DNA of 64,000 nt, from contig CAZIJJ010000017.1 in NCBI GenBank assembly GCA_964539525.1, positions 8,701 through 72,700 on the forward strand, in the 5' to 3' direction. This DNA is from an uncultured Planctomycetaceae bacterium. GTDB lineage: Bacteria > Planctomycetota > Planctomycetia > Pirellulales > Thermoguttaceae. The notes below the pieces were generated by a model. It saw only the letters and a list, made by a program, of their open reading frames with translations, did no database searches and was not told the origin of the DNA. A program made the translations under genes and the position numbers. This document shows positions 27,176 to 35,882 of the stretch, piece by piece (position 1 is the stretch's first letter; each line of letters begins with the position of its first letter).

Positions 27176-28401
27176 TTTTGAACTCTTTGAAAAATTTCCG
27201 TCGCGAGACGATGGAAGTGGATGGTTTTGGCGCCCGGCAGCGCGTCGCCTTCGAAACCGTTGACGTAACGGGCGCCGGAACGACGCGGAACGAACGCGTC
27301 GAGAACGCCGGAAAAACGGGACGCGTCGACGAAATTTTTGCGAAAATCTTCGCAAGCCAGCTTGACGAGGTTTTTACTGCGCTCTTCGTTGGCCGTGAGG
27401 CCCTGTTCTTTGTGCGTTCGGTTGAGAATAGCGCCGCCGAAGCGAACGGAGAGCCCCAAATTTTTCCGCGTCTGCCCGAGCCAGTTGAGCGTTCGCGAAA
27501 CGGCGTTGACGTCGAACGACTCCGGCGCGGTCGGCATAAAAACGAAGTCGGACGCCGCGAGAGCGCAAACGGACGACGCGGTCAAACGGGGCGGACAGTC
27601 GAAAAAAATGAAGTCGTAACGTTCGAAAATTTCCGGTTTATGAAACCAAAGGCGGTAATAATAACGCGTTTCGACGCGGCGGCTCGCCAGTTCGTTGAGG
27701 CGGCGAACGTCTTTGTCGTCGAGAAATTCGTTCGCCGAGATCAGCGACGCGTTCGGCGAACCGAGGAACGGAACGACCAAATCGTCGAACGCGACGTTCG
27801 CCTGGCTTGGCGCGTCGAGCAGTTTCGACGACGTGAAGTCGTTTTGACTCGCCATGTGCAGAACGCGCGGGTCGACGCAACGTTGCGAAAGGGTGCCCTG
27901 AAAGTCGAGGTCGACGACGAGGACGCGAGCCGGTTGGGGCGTTCGCCCGGCGAGGTCGCGAAAGTTGCCCGACGAGAACGCCGCGACGAGATTCGCCGTC
28001 AACGTCGTCTTGCCGACGCCGCCCTTAAGATTAATGAAAGAAACGAGCCGCGTTTGCGAACCGCCGGGCGCCGTCGGACGTTCGGCGATCGGGATAAACG
28101 AGGGAACTTTCTCCGGAGGCAAACCCGTCGGACGCGTCCAAATCGAACTGTTCGCTTTCAACACTTCGTCTAAACGCCGTTGCGCTTGAAGATAAAATTG
28201 TCGCAAAGAGCGCGTCGCGGATTCCATTTCGCCGAGGCTTTCCAAAAGCGAGTCGAGAACTTCGCGGTATTCGGCGACGTCCGGTTCCTCGTATCCGTTC
28301 CGCGGCGCAAGGACGGCGGCGATTTTGCGTCGCAACTCGTAAAGATCTTCCAACTGTTGCGCGACGATTTCCGGAGGCGATAACTTTTTTGGCGACGACA
28401 T
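27172..28401 (-). CDS. ParA/MinD-family P-loop ATPase with a ~110-aa coiled-coil-like N-terminal extension
   Basis: 409 aa. Deviant Walker A NLKGGVGKTTLTANL, A' VLVVDLDFQGTLS, and Walker B YDFIFFDCPPRL. The N-terminus is EIVAQQLEDLYELRRKIA..LESLGEMESATRSLRQFYLQAQRRLDEVL. Confidence 0.85.
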   Translation of the reverse strand: MSSPKKLSPPEIVAQQLEDLYELRRKIAAVLAPRNGYEEPDVAEYREVLDSLLESLGEMESATRSLRQFYLQAQRRLDEVLKANSSIWTRPTGLPPEKVPSFIPIAERPTAPGGSQTRLVSFINLKGGVGKTTLTANLVAAFSSGNFRDLAGRTPQPARVLVVDLDFQGTLSQRCVDPRVLHMASQNDFTSSKLLDAPSQANVAFDDLVVPFLGSPNASLISANEFLDDKDVRRLNELASRRVETRYYYRLWFHKPEIFERYDFIFFDCPPRLTASSVCALAASDFVFMPTAPESFDVNAVSRTLNWLGQTRKNLGLSVRFGGAILNRTHKEQGLTANEERSKNLVKLACEDFRKNFVDASRFSGVLDAFVPRRSGARYVNGFEGDALPGAKTIHFHRLATEIFQRVQK

Positions 28402-28475
28402 TGCGAAAACTCAAAAACGGCGGAGGAAAGGATGAAAATGGAACGAAAACAAAGGCGCGTCGAACCCGTCGAGCG

Positions 28476-29615
28476 TTATTCGGCGAGCGCGGCGACGATC
28501 TGCTCGACCGTCGCGGTTCCGGTAACGCCGAGCTGTTTGACGACGATCGAAGAGACGACGCCCGCTAAAAAAGCCGACTCGACGAGCGAAAAACCGAGCG
28601 ATCGCGCGAAAACGAACCCGGCGTTCGTCGCGTCTCCGGCGCCGCAAACGTCGAACGGCGGCTCGACGGGACGCGGCGGGATCGAATAAACGACGACTTC
28701 GGAAGTTTGCGGCGATTGGGTAAGTTGCGGGGATTGCGGGGACGGGACGACGTCGAAAAGGAGCGAGCCGCGAGCGCCGCGCGTCGCCAAAACCGGGCGG
28801 CCGTTGCGTCGCGCCAGCCAAGCGCCCGCTTCGCAAAGCGCCGCGGCGTTCGACTCCGCGTCGTTGGAAAGCGTCGTTTCCCGTTTCCGGGCGGCGCCGC
28901 GAGCCGTCGCGAAGACGTCGAGAAGTTCGTTCGCGTTGCATTTGACGAGCGTTTCGCGGTAACTTTCGGCGAAAAACCGCGAATCGCAAAGGAAGAAAAC
29001 GTCGGGATTTTCCCGGGCGACGTCCGCTAAAAAAGCGCGGAAGTTCGGAGAAAACGTCGTTTCCGAACCGGGCGGGAACTGCTCCAAAACGACGACCGCG
29101 TCGAATTCGGCGGCGCGTCGGCGGAAATTATCGCGGAGCGCCGCGACCGCCGACGGCGGGAACGGGCCCGGGTTGCGAACGTCGAAGCGATTCGATTCGA
29201 TCCAACCGCCGCGACCGTCCGGGTTCGTCGGCTTAACGTAAGTCGACGTAAGCGCTTCCGGCGACGCGACCATTCCGGAAACGTCGGCGCCGATTTCGCG
29301 CGTCGCTCTCAACAACTCGAACCCGTCGCCGTCGTCGCCGACGATCCCGAAACAAAACGTCTCCGCGCCGAGCGCCCGCAAGTTGTTCGCGACCGTCCCG
29401 CCCGCTCCGGCGAAGACGCGCCGCGCCCGGACTTGGAACGCCGTTTTTCCCGTTTCGACCGAAATTTCGTTTAATTCCGGCGACAAAAATAGATATTTGT
29501 CGAGGCAAAAGTCGCCGATTACCGCGATTTTCGGCGTCTTCGCGGCGGCCAGGCGCGCCAAGCGAGCGGCCAAATCGGCGGGCGGAAGGAACGGAACGGG
29601 CGTTAAATCGAACAT
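28476..29615 (-). CDS. PfkB-family sugar (phosphate) kinase, RfaE/HldE kinase-domain-like
   Basis: 379 aa. KIAVIGDFCLDKYLF, GGTVANNLRALGA and the C-terminal DVCGAGDATNAGFVFA motif. A Pro/Gln/Ser insert PSPQSPQLTQSPQTSE lies before the anion hole. Confidence 0.85.
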   Translation of the reverse strand: MFDLTPVPFLPPADLAARLARLAAAKTPKIAVIGDFCLDKYLFLSPELNEISVETGKTAFQVRARRVFAGAGGTVANNLRALGAETFCFGIVGDDGDGFELLRATREIGADVSGMVASPEALTSTYVKPTNPDGRGGWIESNRFDVRNPGPFPPSAVAALRDNFRRRAAEFDAVVVLEQFPPGSETTFSPNFRAFLADVARENPDVFFLCDSRFFAESYRETLVKCNANELLDVFATARGAARKRETTLSNDAESNAAALCEAGAWLARRNGRPVLATRGARGSLLFDVVPSPQSPQLTQSPQTSEVVVYSIPPRPVEPPFDVCGAGDATNAGFVFARSLGFSLVESAFLAGVVSSIVVKQLGVTGTATVEQIVAALAE

Positions 29616-29687
29616 GGGCGCTTTCGGAAAACGGGGGAGCGAAACGAGGACGGTTAAAATCGGGGGAATGGGAAAAACGCGGCGAGT

Positions 29688-30518
29688 TTAAGCGTCGATT
29701 CCGGTCGTCAAAAAGCGGAGCAAACGTTCCGGATCGCCGAAGTCCGGCGCGACGACGTCGGCGCCCGCGTCGAGGAGCCGCCCGCGTTTCCAGGCGTCGA
29801 CTCCGGCGCCCGGGTTCGCTTCGTTCGTCGCGACGCCGACCGCGTAACCGCCGACTTCGCGGACGTTTTCGATTTCGACGTAACCGTCGCCGAAACCGAC
29901 CAGCTCCGCGCCGTCCAAGCGATTAACGTCGATCAGCCGCGAAATGACGAGCGCCTTCGAGAACGTTTTGTAATCGTCCTGAGCGCCGTAAATTCCGCCG
30001 TCGAAAAATTCGGTCAGTCGGAGAAGCTCCGCCTCCTGTTTGACGTAAAACTCGTCGGTGCCGCTGGCGAGGTAAAGTTTGCAACCGGTTTTGCGCAAAA
30101 GAGTTAAGAAGCGTCGCGCGCCCGGGACGACGAAATCGTCGGGGCGGGCGGTTCCGGCGGCCAACGCGTCGACCCGATTTTGGATCCGCTCTTGAAGGCG
30201 CCGCAGATATTCCTTCTTATAAACGAGCGGGTCGAGCGGCGTTCCTCCGCGTTTCTCGACTTCCTTCGCGAGTTGGATGCATTGATAAATCGTTTGTTTG
30301 CCGGTGATTCGGTCGACGAAATCGCGAACGATTCGCTCCGCCTCCGCCGCGTCGTCCATCGTTTCGAGAAGAACTTCGCAAAAGTACGGAACCATAATAT
30401 TTTGCCAACCTTCGCGGATCAAGCTTAGCGTGCCGTCGAAATCGAAGAGCGCGGCGCGAAAACGGCGGGAAGCTTCGGGCGCTCGAATAATTTCAAGGGA
30501 AAACGACGCGGCGGACAA
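29688..30518 (-). CDS. HAD-superfamily hydrolase (phosphatase)
   Basis: 276 aa. Motif I ALFDFDGTLS, later LASGT, and GDGYVE (motif IV-like). TTG start. Confidence 0.8.
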   Translation of the reverse strand: MSAASFSLEIIRAPEASRRFRAALFDFDGTLSLIREGWQNIMVPYFCEVLLETMDDAAEAERIVRDFVDRITGKQTIYQCIQLAKEVEKRGGTPLDPLVYKKEYLRRLQERIQNRVDALAAGTARPDDFVVPGARRFLTLLRKTGCKLYLASGTDEFYVKQEAELLRLTEFFDGGIYGAQDDYKTFSKALVISRLIDVNRLDGAELVGFGDGYVEIENVREVGGYAVGVATNEANPGAGVDAWKRGRLLDAGADVVAPDFGDPERLLRFLTTGIDA

Positions 30519-31005
30519 CGGAACGCTCCTTTCGAACGATAAAATAACGAAAACGGGGAAGTTGGGAAAATTGGACGGAATGTAACGCGGGATGGGCGAC
30601 GGGCCGACGGCTCCCGCCGCAAAAAACGCCGGAAAAGCGTTCGCAAACCCTAACGAATCTATTTAACTCTAATCGGCGCGGTTTGTCAAGGAACGGGCGC
30701 GAATTGCGGAAAATTATTGAGAAAAATTGCGGCGGCTCGTTCGCTTTCCAAGCGGCGCGATCCGATGATGAAAAATGTTTGATTTTTAAATCAAAGAATA
30801 TTCAAAAGGACGCGTTAAGTCTGTTTTTGTTTGAAAAAACGACGCTAATAAACGGAGACGCTCGACGTTAAAACGGGTAAGACGGCGAAGAAAGAACGAC
30901 GTTTGCGAAAGGCGGAAGGAACGCGAAAGCGCCGATCGCCGCGTCGAACGGGAGACGTAAGACGCGGCGAAACGGCGAGTTAAGAAAAACGCGGACGGCG
31001 TCGAG

Positions 31006-32517
31006 TCAACGCTTGGCGGGGAGCGGTTCGACGTTGGGGAGCGCTACGTTCGACGAATCCGGCGTCGCGACGATGAAAAAGCGGGCGCCGGGAACGATTT
31101 TGTCGAGCCAACGCGTCCAGCGGAAGAGCGCGTCGAAAATTTTGAGCGTTCGACGACTTGGCGTTCGGGCGCCGTTTGCGCCGAGAAGCGTCGAAAGCGC
31201 GTCGAAACGGGCGATTTTTTCGGCGCGGAACCCGGCGTCGGCGAGACGACGCTTGATCTCGCGTTTCGAATAAGCGTTCGCGCCGCAAGCGGGGAGCGTA
31301 AAAACGACGCGACCGTTAGATCTTAACAACGAGCGAAGACGTTCGAGCGCTTTCGCGTCGTCGAAACGGAGCGCGTCGATTCGATTGAAAGCGACGATCG
31401 CGTCGTATTCCGCTGTTTGGGCGCTCCGCGGAGTTTGGGCGCTTTCGGACGACGGGGTAAGATCGGTGAAATGGAGCGTCGGGGCGCTTTCGTCCTCCGA
31501 CGCGTCAAGAACAAGTCGGGCGACGTCGACGACCGCGTTTCCGTCGTATCCGGCGAGTAAAAATTTAACGTTTTTAACGTCCGCGTCGGCGAGCGTCAAA
31601 CGTTCCTTTTGCGGCAAATACCGGGACGTTTCCCCCTGGCCCGCGCCGATTTCGAGCGTTCGCAACCCGAGAAACGGAACGGCTTTAGCGACGAGCGCTT
31701 TCGTCAAAACGCGACTCCGCTCGAACGTTTGCGCGCCGATACCGTCGGGGTCGCCGTCGTAAAAACAGTCGTCGACGAGCCAATATTTAACGATGGTGCG
31801 GATCGCGCTGACGCCGTCTTTCCAACCGATTTTTTTTCCTTCCGAGTACCGGCGTCCGTTGTAACTGATCGGAACTTCGTAAACGATCCAACCGCGCTTG
31901 GCGATTTTCGCGGTGATCTCCGGCTCGATTCCGAACCGGTTCGAACGGAGCGGAATCGACTTTAAAACGTCGGCGCGAAACGCTTTATAGCAAGTTTCCA
32001 TGTCGGTGAGGTCGAGCCCGGTCGTCCAGTTGGAAAGATGCGTTAAAAATAAATTTCCGAGCTTGTGATGATAATTGACGATCTTTCTTGTTTCTCGAGT
32101 CGCAAATCGAGAACCGTACACGACGTCGGCGCGACCGTCGAGCAACGGCGCCAGCACGAGCGGATATTCGTTCGGGTCGTATTCGAGGTCGGCGTCCTGA
32201 ACGATTGCGAAATCGCCGTTCATTTCCTGAATCGCGCGTCGAATGGCGGCGCCTTTTCCCTGATTTTTCGGCTGTCGGAACGCTCGAATTTTGTTCGGAT
32301 AACGGGCGGTCAACGCCGCGACGACTTCCGGCGTTCGGTCGGTCGAACAGTCGTCGACGAGAATCAGCTCCCGTTCGACGCCGTCGGGAAGGGGCGCCGC
32401 CAAAACGCGTTCGACGACCCGCGCCAAGTACGCCTGCTCGTTGTAAACCGGAATCAAAATCGAAAAGAGGACGGCCCCGCGCTCGGCGGAGGGCGACGGC
32501 GAAACGTTGGCGCTCAT
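31006..32517 (-). CDS. family 2 glycosyltransferase fused to a class I SAM-dependent methyltransferase domain
   Basis: FSILIPVYNE, LILVDDCSTDRT and VQDADLEYDP are the GT2 motifs (DxD). The C-terminal LEIGAGQGETSRYL is methyltransferase motif I. Start re-set to ATG 32517; the TTG at 32622 adds an Arg-rich extension. Confidence 0.85.
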   Translation of the reverse strand: MSANVSPSPSAERGAVLFSILIPVYNEQAYLARVVERVLAAPLPDGVERELILVDDCSTDRTPEVVAALTARYPNKIRAFRQPKNQGKGAAIRRAIQEMNGDFAIVQDADLEYDPNEYPLVLAPLLDGRADVVYGSRFATRETRKIVNYHHKLGNLFLTHLSNWTTGLDLTDMETCYKAFRADVLKSIPLRSNRFGIEPEITAKIAKRGWIVYEVPISYNGRRYSEGKKIGWKDGVSAIRTIVKYWLVDDCFYDGDPDGIGAQTFERSRVLTKALVAKAVPFLGLRTLEIGAGQGETSRYLPQKERLTLADADVKNVKFLLAGYDGNAVVDVARLVLDASEDESAPTLHFTDLTPSSESAQTPRSAQTAEYDAIVAFNRIDALRFDDAKALERLRSLLRSNGRVVFTLPACGANAYSKREIKRRLADAGFRAEKIARFDALSTLLGANGARTPSRRTLKIFDALFRWTRWLDKIVPGARFFIVATPDSSNVALPNVEPLPAKR

Positions 32518-32657
32518 GTCGGTTTGCGTTGAATGAATAGGATAGGTAAAACGGGAGGAATAGCGATGGGAAACGGCGGCGCGGCGCGGACGCTTTCGAC
32601 GCAAAGGGCGGGGCGGCGGCAAACTCGGCGAAATTGCGCAGTCTCCCCTTATTAACT

Positions 32658-32663
32658 ATTATA
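32658..32663 (-). promoter_or_regulatory. candidate -10 box (minus-strand TATAAT) for the GT2-methyltransferase gene
   Basis: The minus strand reads CGCTATAATAGTTAATAAGGGGAG. Confidence 0.35.
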
Positions 32664-32792
32664 GCGAGAAGCGCGAGAAGGTGAAGCGGCGTCCGCGTTA
32701 TTTTCGGGCGCTTTTGCGTCGCGCCGACGGAAAAATCGGACGGAACCGAAGAAAACGAACGAGCGAGGCCTTACGTTGCGACAAAGGGCCGT

Positions 32793-32805
32793 TATAATAA
32801 GGGCG
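32793..32805 (+). promoter_or_regulatory. candidate -10 element TATAATAAGGGCG upstream of rubrerythrin
   Basis: A perfect TATAAT about 150 nt upstream of ATG 32951. The same 13-mer occurs on the minus strand upstream of the ACT gene (38967..38979). Confidence 0.45.
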
Positions 32806-32950
32806 AGCGGGAGGCGAACGAAGGTGAAAACGCGACGAAAGCGGGCGCCCGGCGCGTCGAACGTTCGCGGATCGCGGCCCGTCGTTTGGAGGCGTTAAAC
32901 TTTAACTCGTCGAGCGAACGCTCGCGACGTTTTTTCAGAAAGGGTTGAAA

Positions 32951-33529
32951 ATGAAGAGTTGGAAAGGCACGAAAACCGAAGCGAACTTGTTGAAAGCGTT
33001 TGCCGGCGAGTCGCAGGCGCGCAACCGTTATACTTACTTCGCGTCGCAGGCGAAAAAGGACGGGTACGAACTTGTCGCCTCCGTTTTCGAAGAGACGGCG
33101 AATCAGGAAAAGGAACACGCGAAACGCTTCTTTAAGTTCTTGGAAGGCGGCGATTTGGAGATTACCGCGACCTTCCCGGCGGGCAAGATCGGGACGACGC
33201 TCGAAAACCTTCGCGCGGCGGCTTGCGGCGAACAGGAGGAATGGGAACGGCTGTATCCGGAATTTGCGCAAGTCGCGGAAGAAGAAGGGTTTGGAGAGAT
33301 CGCCGCGGTCTTCCGCAACGTCGCGGTCGCCGAAAAGCAACACGAGCGCCGTTACCGCGGGTTCGCCGATTGCATCGAAAACGGAACGATGTTCGAAGAC
33401 GGCGACGAAGTCGTTTGGCGTTGTCGCAACTGCGGTTACGTTCATCGCGGCAAGTCGGCTCCGAACGTTTGCCCGGCTTGCGCGCATCCGCGAGCGCACT
33501 TCGAACGTCTCGCCGAGAACTGGAAGTAG
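32951..33529 (+). CDS. rbr: rubrerythrin
   Basis: MKSWKGTKTEANLLKAFAGESQARNRYTYFA, EKEHAKRF and EEWERLYPEF (di-iron ExxH sites), plus the C-terminal rubredoxin CRNCGY..CPACAHP. Confidence 0.93.
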   Translation: MKSWKGTKTEANLLKAFAGESQARNRYTYFASQAKKDGYELVASVFEETANQEKEHAKRFFKFLEGGDLEITATFPAGKIGTTLENLRAAACGEQEEWERLYPEFAQVAEEEGFGEIAAVFRNVAVAEKQHERRYRGFADCIENGTMFEDGDEVVWRCRNCGYVHRGKSAPNVCPACAHPRAHFERLAENWK

Positions 33530-33582
33530 TTCGCCCTCTGTTTTTAAGCGTTTTTGATTTTTAGAAAATAGAAACGGAAACT

Positions 33583-33623
33583 CGTCGTCGAGCGAGCCGC
33601 TTTCGCTTGACGGCGCGTTTTTT
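33583..33623 (+). terminator. intrinsic terminator after rubrerythrin
   Basis: A 13-bp stem (CGTCGTCGAGCGA / TCGCTTGACGGCG, with G-U pairs), 7-nt loop, then CG and T6. Confidence 0.65.
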
Positions 33624-33701
33624 GTCGTCCAAACCGCCCTTGAAAACGCGACGTTTGAAAATATTGAAAAACGTTTGAATTTCTTTTCGGCGTTTGAACT
33701 G

Positions 33702-34373
33702 TCAAAAAAGCGAACGGAGTTCCCGCGTCTTGGCGGCGACGTCCGGCGCTTGCGTTATCTCCGTAACGAGCGCGATTTTTTCGACGCCGAGCGATCGCAA
33801 CGTCTTAATATGACGCGCTTTAACGCCGCCCATTACGGTGGTCGGAACGGTCGTCGCCTTCCTTAACTCCGCCAAAAGTTCGAGGCCGAGCGGCGGGCGG
33901 CCGACTGTTTTGGTTTGCGTTGCGAAAATTGGGCCGATGTTTAAATAGTCGACGTTAACCGCTTGCGCTTCTTGGATTTCCGCGAGGTCGTGCGTCGACG
34001 CGCCGATCAGCGATTCCGGCGCCGTCTTTTTCGCGACGCAAAACGGCAAATCGTCTTGCCCGAGATGAACGCCGTCCGCGTTCGCCGCCAGCGCGACGTC
34101 GAGGCGGTCGTCGACGATCAGAAGCGCGCCGAAACGGTTCGCTAATTTGCGGCATTCGACGGCGAGACGGAAAACTTCGCGGTCGGACGCCGTTTTTTCG
34201 CGCAGTTGGACGATTCGGGCGCCGCCTTCGAAGACTTGGCGAACGACGTCGAGCGGGTCGCGCCCGGCGCAAAATTCCGACGTAACGACCGGATAAATAT
34301 CGACTTGGCGAAACGCCGCGACGCGTTCGTCGCGCGAACGGAAACAAGACGGCGGAACGATGAATCGCGGCAT
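33702..34373 (-). CDS. thiE: thiamine-phosphate synthase
   Basis: 223 aa. IVQLREK, LIVDDRLDVALAANADGVHLGQDDLP, GASTH, DYLNIGPIFATQTK and MGGV motifs. Confidence 0.9.
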   Translation of the reverse strand: MPRFIVPPSCFRSRDERVAAFRQVDIYPVVTSEFCAGRDPLDVVRQVFEGGARIVQLREKTASDREVFRLAVECRKLANRFGALLIVDDRLDVALAANADGVHLGQDDLPFCVAKKTAPESLIGASTHDLAEIQEAQAVNVDYLNIGPIFATQTKTVGRPPLGLELLAELRKATTVPTTVMGGVKARHIKTLRSLGVEKIALVTEITQAPDVAAKTRELRSLF

Positions 34374-34427
34374 GTCGGCGACTCCTTACACGAGAACGGG
34401 CTTGTTGCTGAAAGGGACGCTAAACTT

Positions 34428-34433
34428 ATTATA
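34428..34433 (-). promoter_or_regulatory. candidate -10 box (minus-strand CCTTATAATAAG) for thiE
   Basis: TATAAT on the minus strand about 55 nt upstream of ATG 34373, in the thi4-thiE spacer. Confidence 0.4.
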
Positions 34434-34466
34434 AGGAACGCTTATTGTGAGCGCGCGAACGACGGT

Positions 34467-34492
34467 CGAGCGAAACGGGTTCGCTCGCTTTT
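34467..34492. terminator. 8-bp perfect hairpin CGAGCGAA-ACGGG-TTCGCTCG in the thi4-thiE spacer
   Basis: It is positioned to terminate thi4 transcription, but the T-run (CTTTTC) is on the plus-strand side only, so orientation and function are uncertain. Confidence 0.3.
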
Positions 34493-34536
34493 CGTCGCCG
34501 TTCGCGGTCGGCAAAAGTGAAAAAACGCGCGTTCGA

Positions 34537-35313
34537 TTATTGTTGCAAACTTTCGTAAATCAAACGCGCCGCTTTGCGGCCGGACGCGAGCATGCCGCCG
34601 AAGATCGGGCCCATTCTATAGCCGCCCATCGCGTTGTTTGCGCTCATGCCGCACGCGAAAAGGTTCGGAAAATATTCGCGCGTGTTTTCGACCGTCGACG
34701 CTTCGCCGAGTTCGGCCTGCATCGGTTTTTCGCCGAGGATTTCGCCGGTTGGCGTGTTGATTTTGATTTGCGCCTTTTTTGTCGCAAGATTAAGAATTTC
34801 GCTCGGATGACCGGTGCCGTCGAGAACGCGTTTCGACAGAACGACGAGCGGGTCGACGTGCATTCCGAGGCGTTCGACCGGCGTCCAGTTGATCACGATT
34901 CCGCCGATCGAGCCGTTTTTGAAGACGACGTCCTCGACGCTTACCGCGTTAAATATTTTAGCGCCGGACTTTAGCGCGCCGAAGATCAGCCCGCTCGCCA
35001 TCTCTACCGCGTCGAGAGTGAAATAGCCGGGCGCCGTCGCGATTTCTTGCGTTCGGATTCCAAAATCGTCGAGGATCTCGAGCGCGTCGCGCTGAACGAC
35101 GGCCTCGTTGAAGAGCATGCCTCCGCCCCAGGTTCCGCCGCCGGGCGCGAGTTTCCGTTCAAAAATCGCCGCTTTGACGCCCGCGTCGGCCAGATATTTT
35201 GCCGCGACGAGAGCCGACGGGCCGCCGCCGACGATCGCGACGTCGACTTGGAGATAATCGTTAAGTTTTGCGCTAAAAGAAGATACGATCGCGGAGGAAA
35301 TGAGATTTTCCAT
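34537..35313 (-). CDS. thi4: thiazole synthase Thi4 (ADP-thiazole synthase, archaeal/eukaryotic type)
   Basis: 258 aa. FAD/NAD fold [45 protein letters not shown] and [24 protein letters not shown]. Confidence 0.9.
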   Translation of the reverse strand: MENLISSAIVSSFSAKLNDYLQVDVAIVGGGPSALVAAKYLADAGVKAAIFERKLAPGGGTWGGGMLFNEAVVQRDALEILDDFGIRTQEIATAPGYFTLDAVEMASGLIFGALKSGAKIFNAVSVEDVVFKNGSIGGIVINWTPVERLGMHVDPLVVLSKRVLDGTGHPSEILNLATKKAQIKINTPTGEILGEKPMQAELGEASTVENTREYFPNLFACGMSANNAMGGYRMGPIFGGMLASGRKAARLIYESLQQ

Positions 35314-35414
35314 CGTCGGCGTTTCCTTTCGTAAACGGGCGGAAGGAAATTCGCCGGGCGTCGACGTTCGAACGGCTTCGAAAAACGAAACCGCGGAAAC
35401 GAAAGCGCGTCGCT

Positions 35415-35503
35415 CGTAATTTCCTTCGCCGGCATTATCCGGAGCAGGTTCGAGGGGTGCTTCTCAGCCTCCGCTCGATTCGAACGGAAGCGCCCCCATT
35501 ACG
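35415..35503 (-). promoter_or_regulatory. TPP (THI-box) riboswitch aptamer in the thi4 leader
   Basis: The minus strand reads CGUAAU-GGGGGCGC..GGCUGAGA..ACCCcucgAACCUGcuCCGGAUAAUGCCGGCGaAGGaa-AUUACG. The P1 strands are 35503..35498 and 35420..35415. All hallmark THI-box blocks are present. Downstream, UUUCCUU (35343..35349) can pair with the SD AAGGAAA (35322..35328). Confidence 0.9.
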
Positions 35504-35800
35504 TTGGCGGTCGGCCGAAAGCGTTGAAATCGCGTTGTTTAGCGATTGCGTTAAGTTCGGTCGCGTCGTTTCGGCGCGTCGACGGAAAACGTTGAGCGCG
35601 TCTCGAAACGTCGGGGGCTATTATAATCGCGAAACGGAGCGACGCAAGGGGGCGGCGGAAAAATTTTTATCGCTTTTTATTATAAGCGGTTCTTATTATA
35701 AGAATATTGAATAATCGACGGGTGAACATTATAACGAATTTGAATAATAAGTTGCGCTAATAAAGACGGCGCGAGAGGAAACGAGGGAAAACGCGACGCG

Positions 35801-35843
35801 AAAAAAACGGCGTTTCCGCGTCGACGAAGAACGCGAAAACGCC
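35801..35843 (-). terminator. intrinsic terminator after the beta-CASP gene
   Basis: On the minus strand, GGCGTTTTCGCG / CGCGGAAACGCC forms a 12-bp stem with one mismatch, an 11-nt loop, then T7. Confidence 0.8.
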
Positions 35844-35882
35844 GGAATTTTTAGCGCGTTTGAAAATAATATTTATTGAGCG

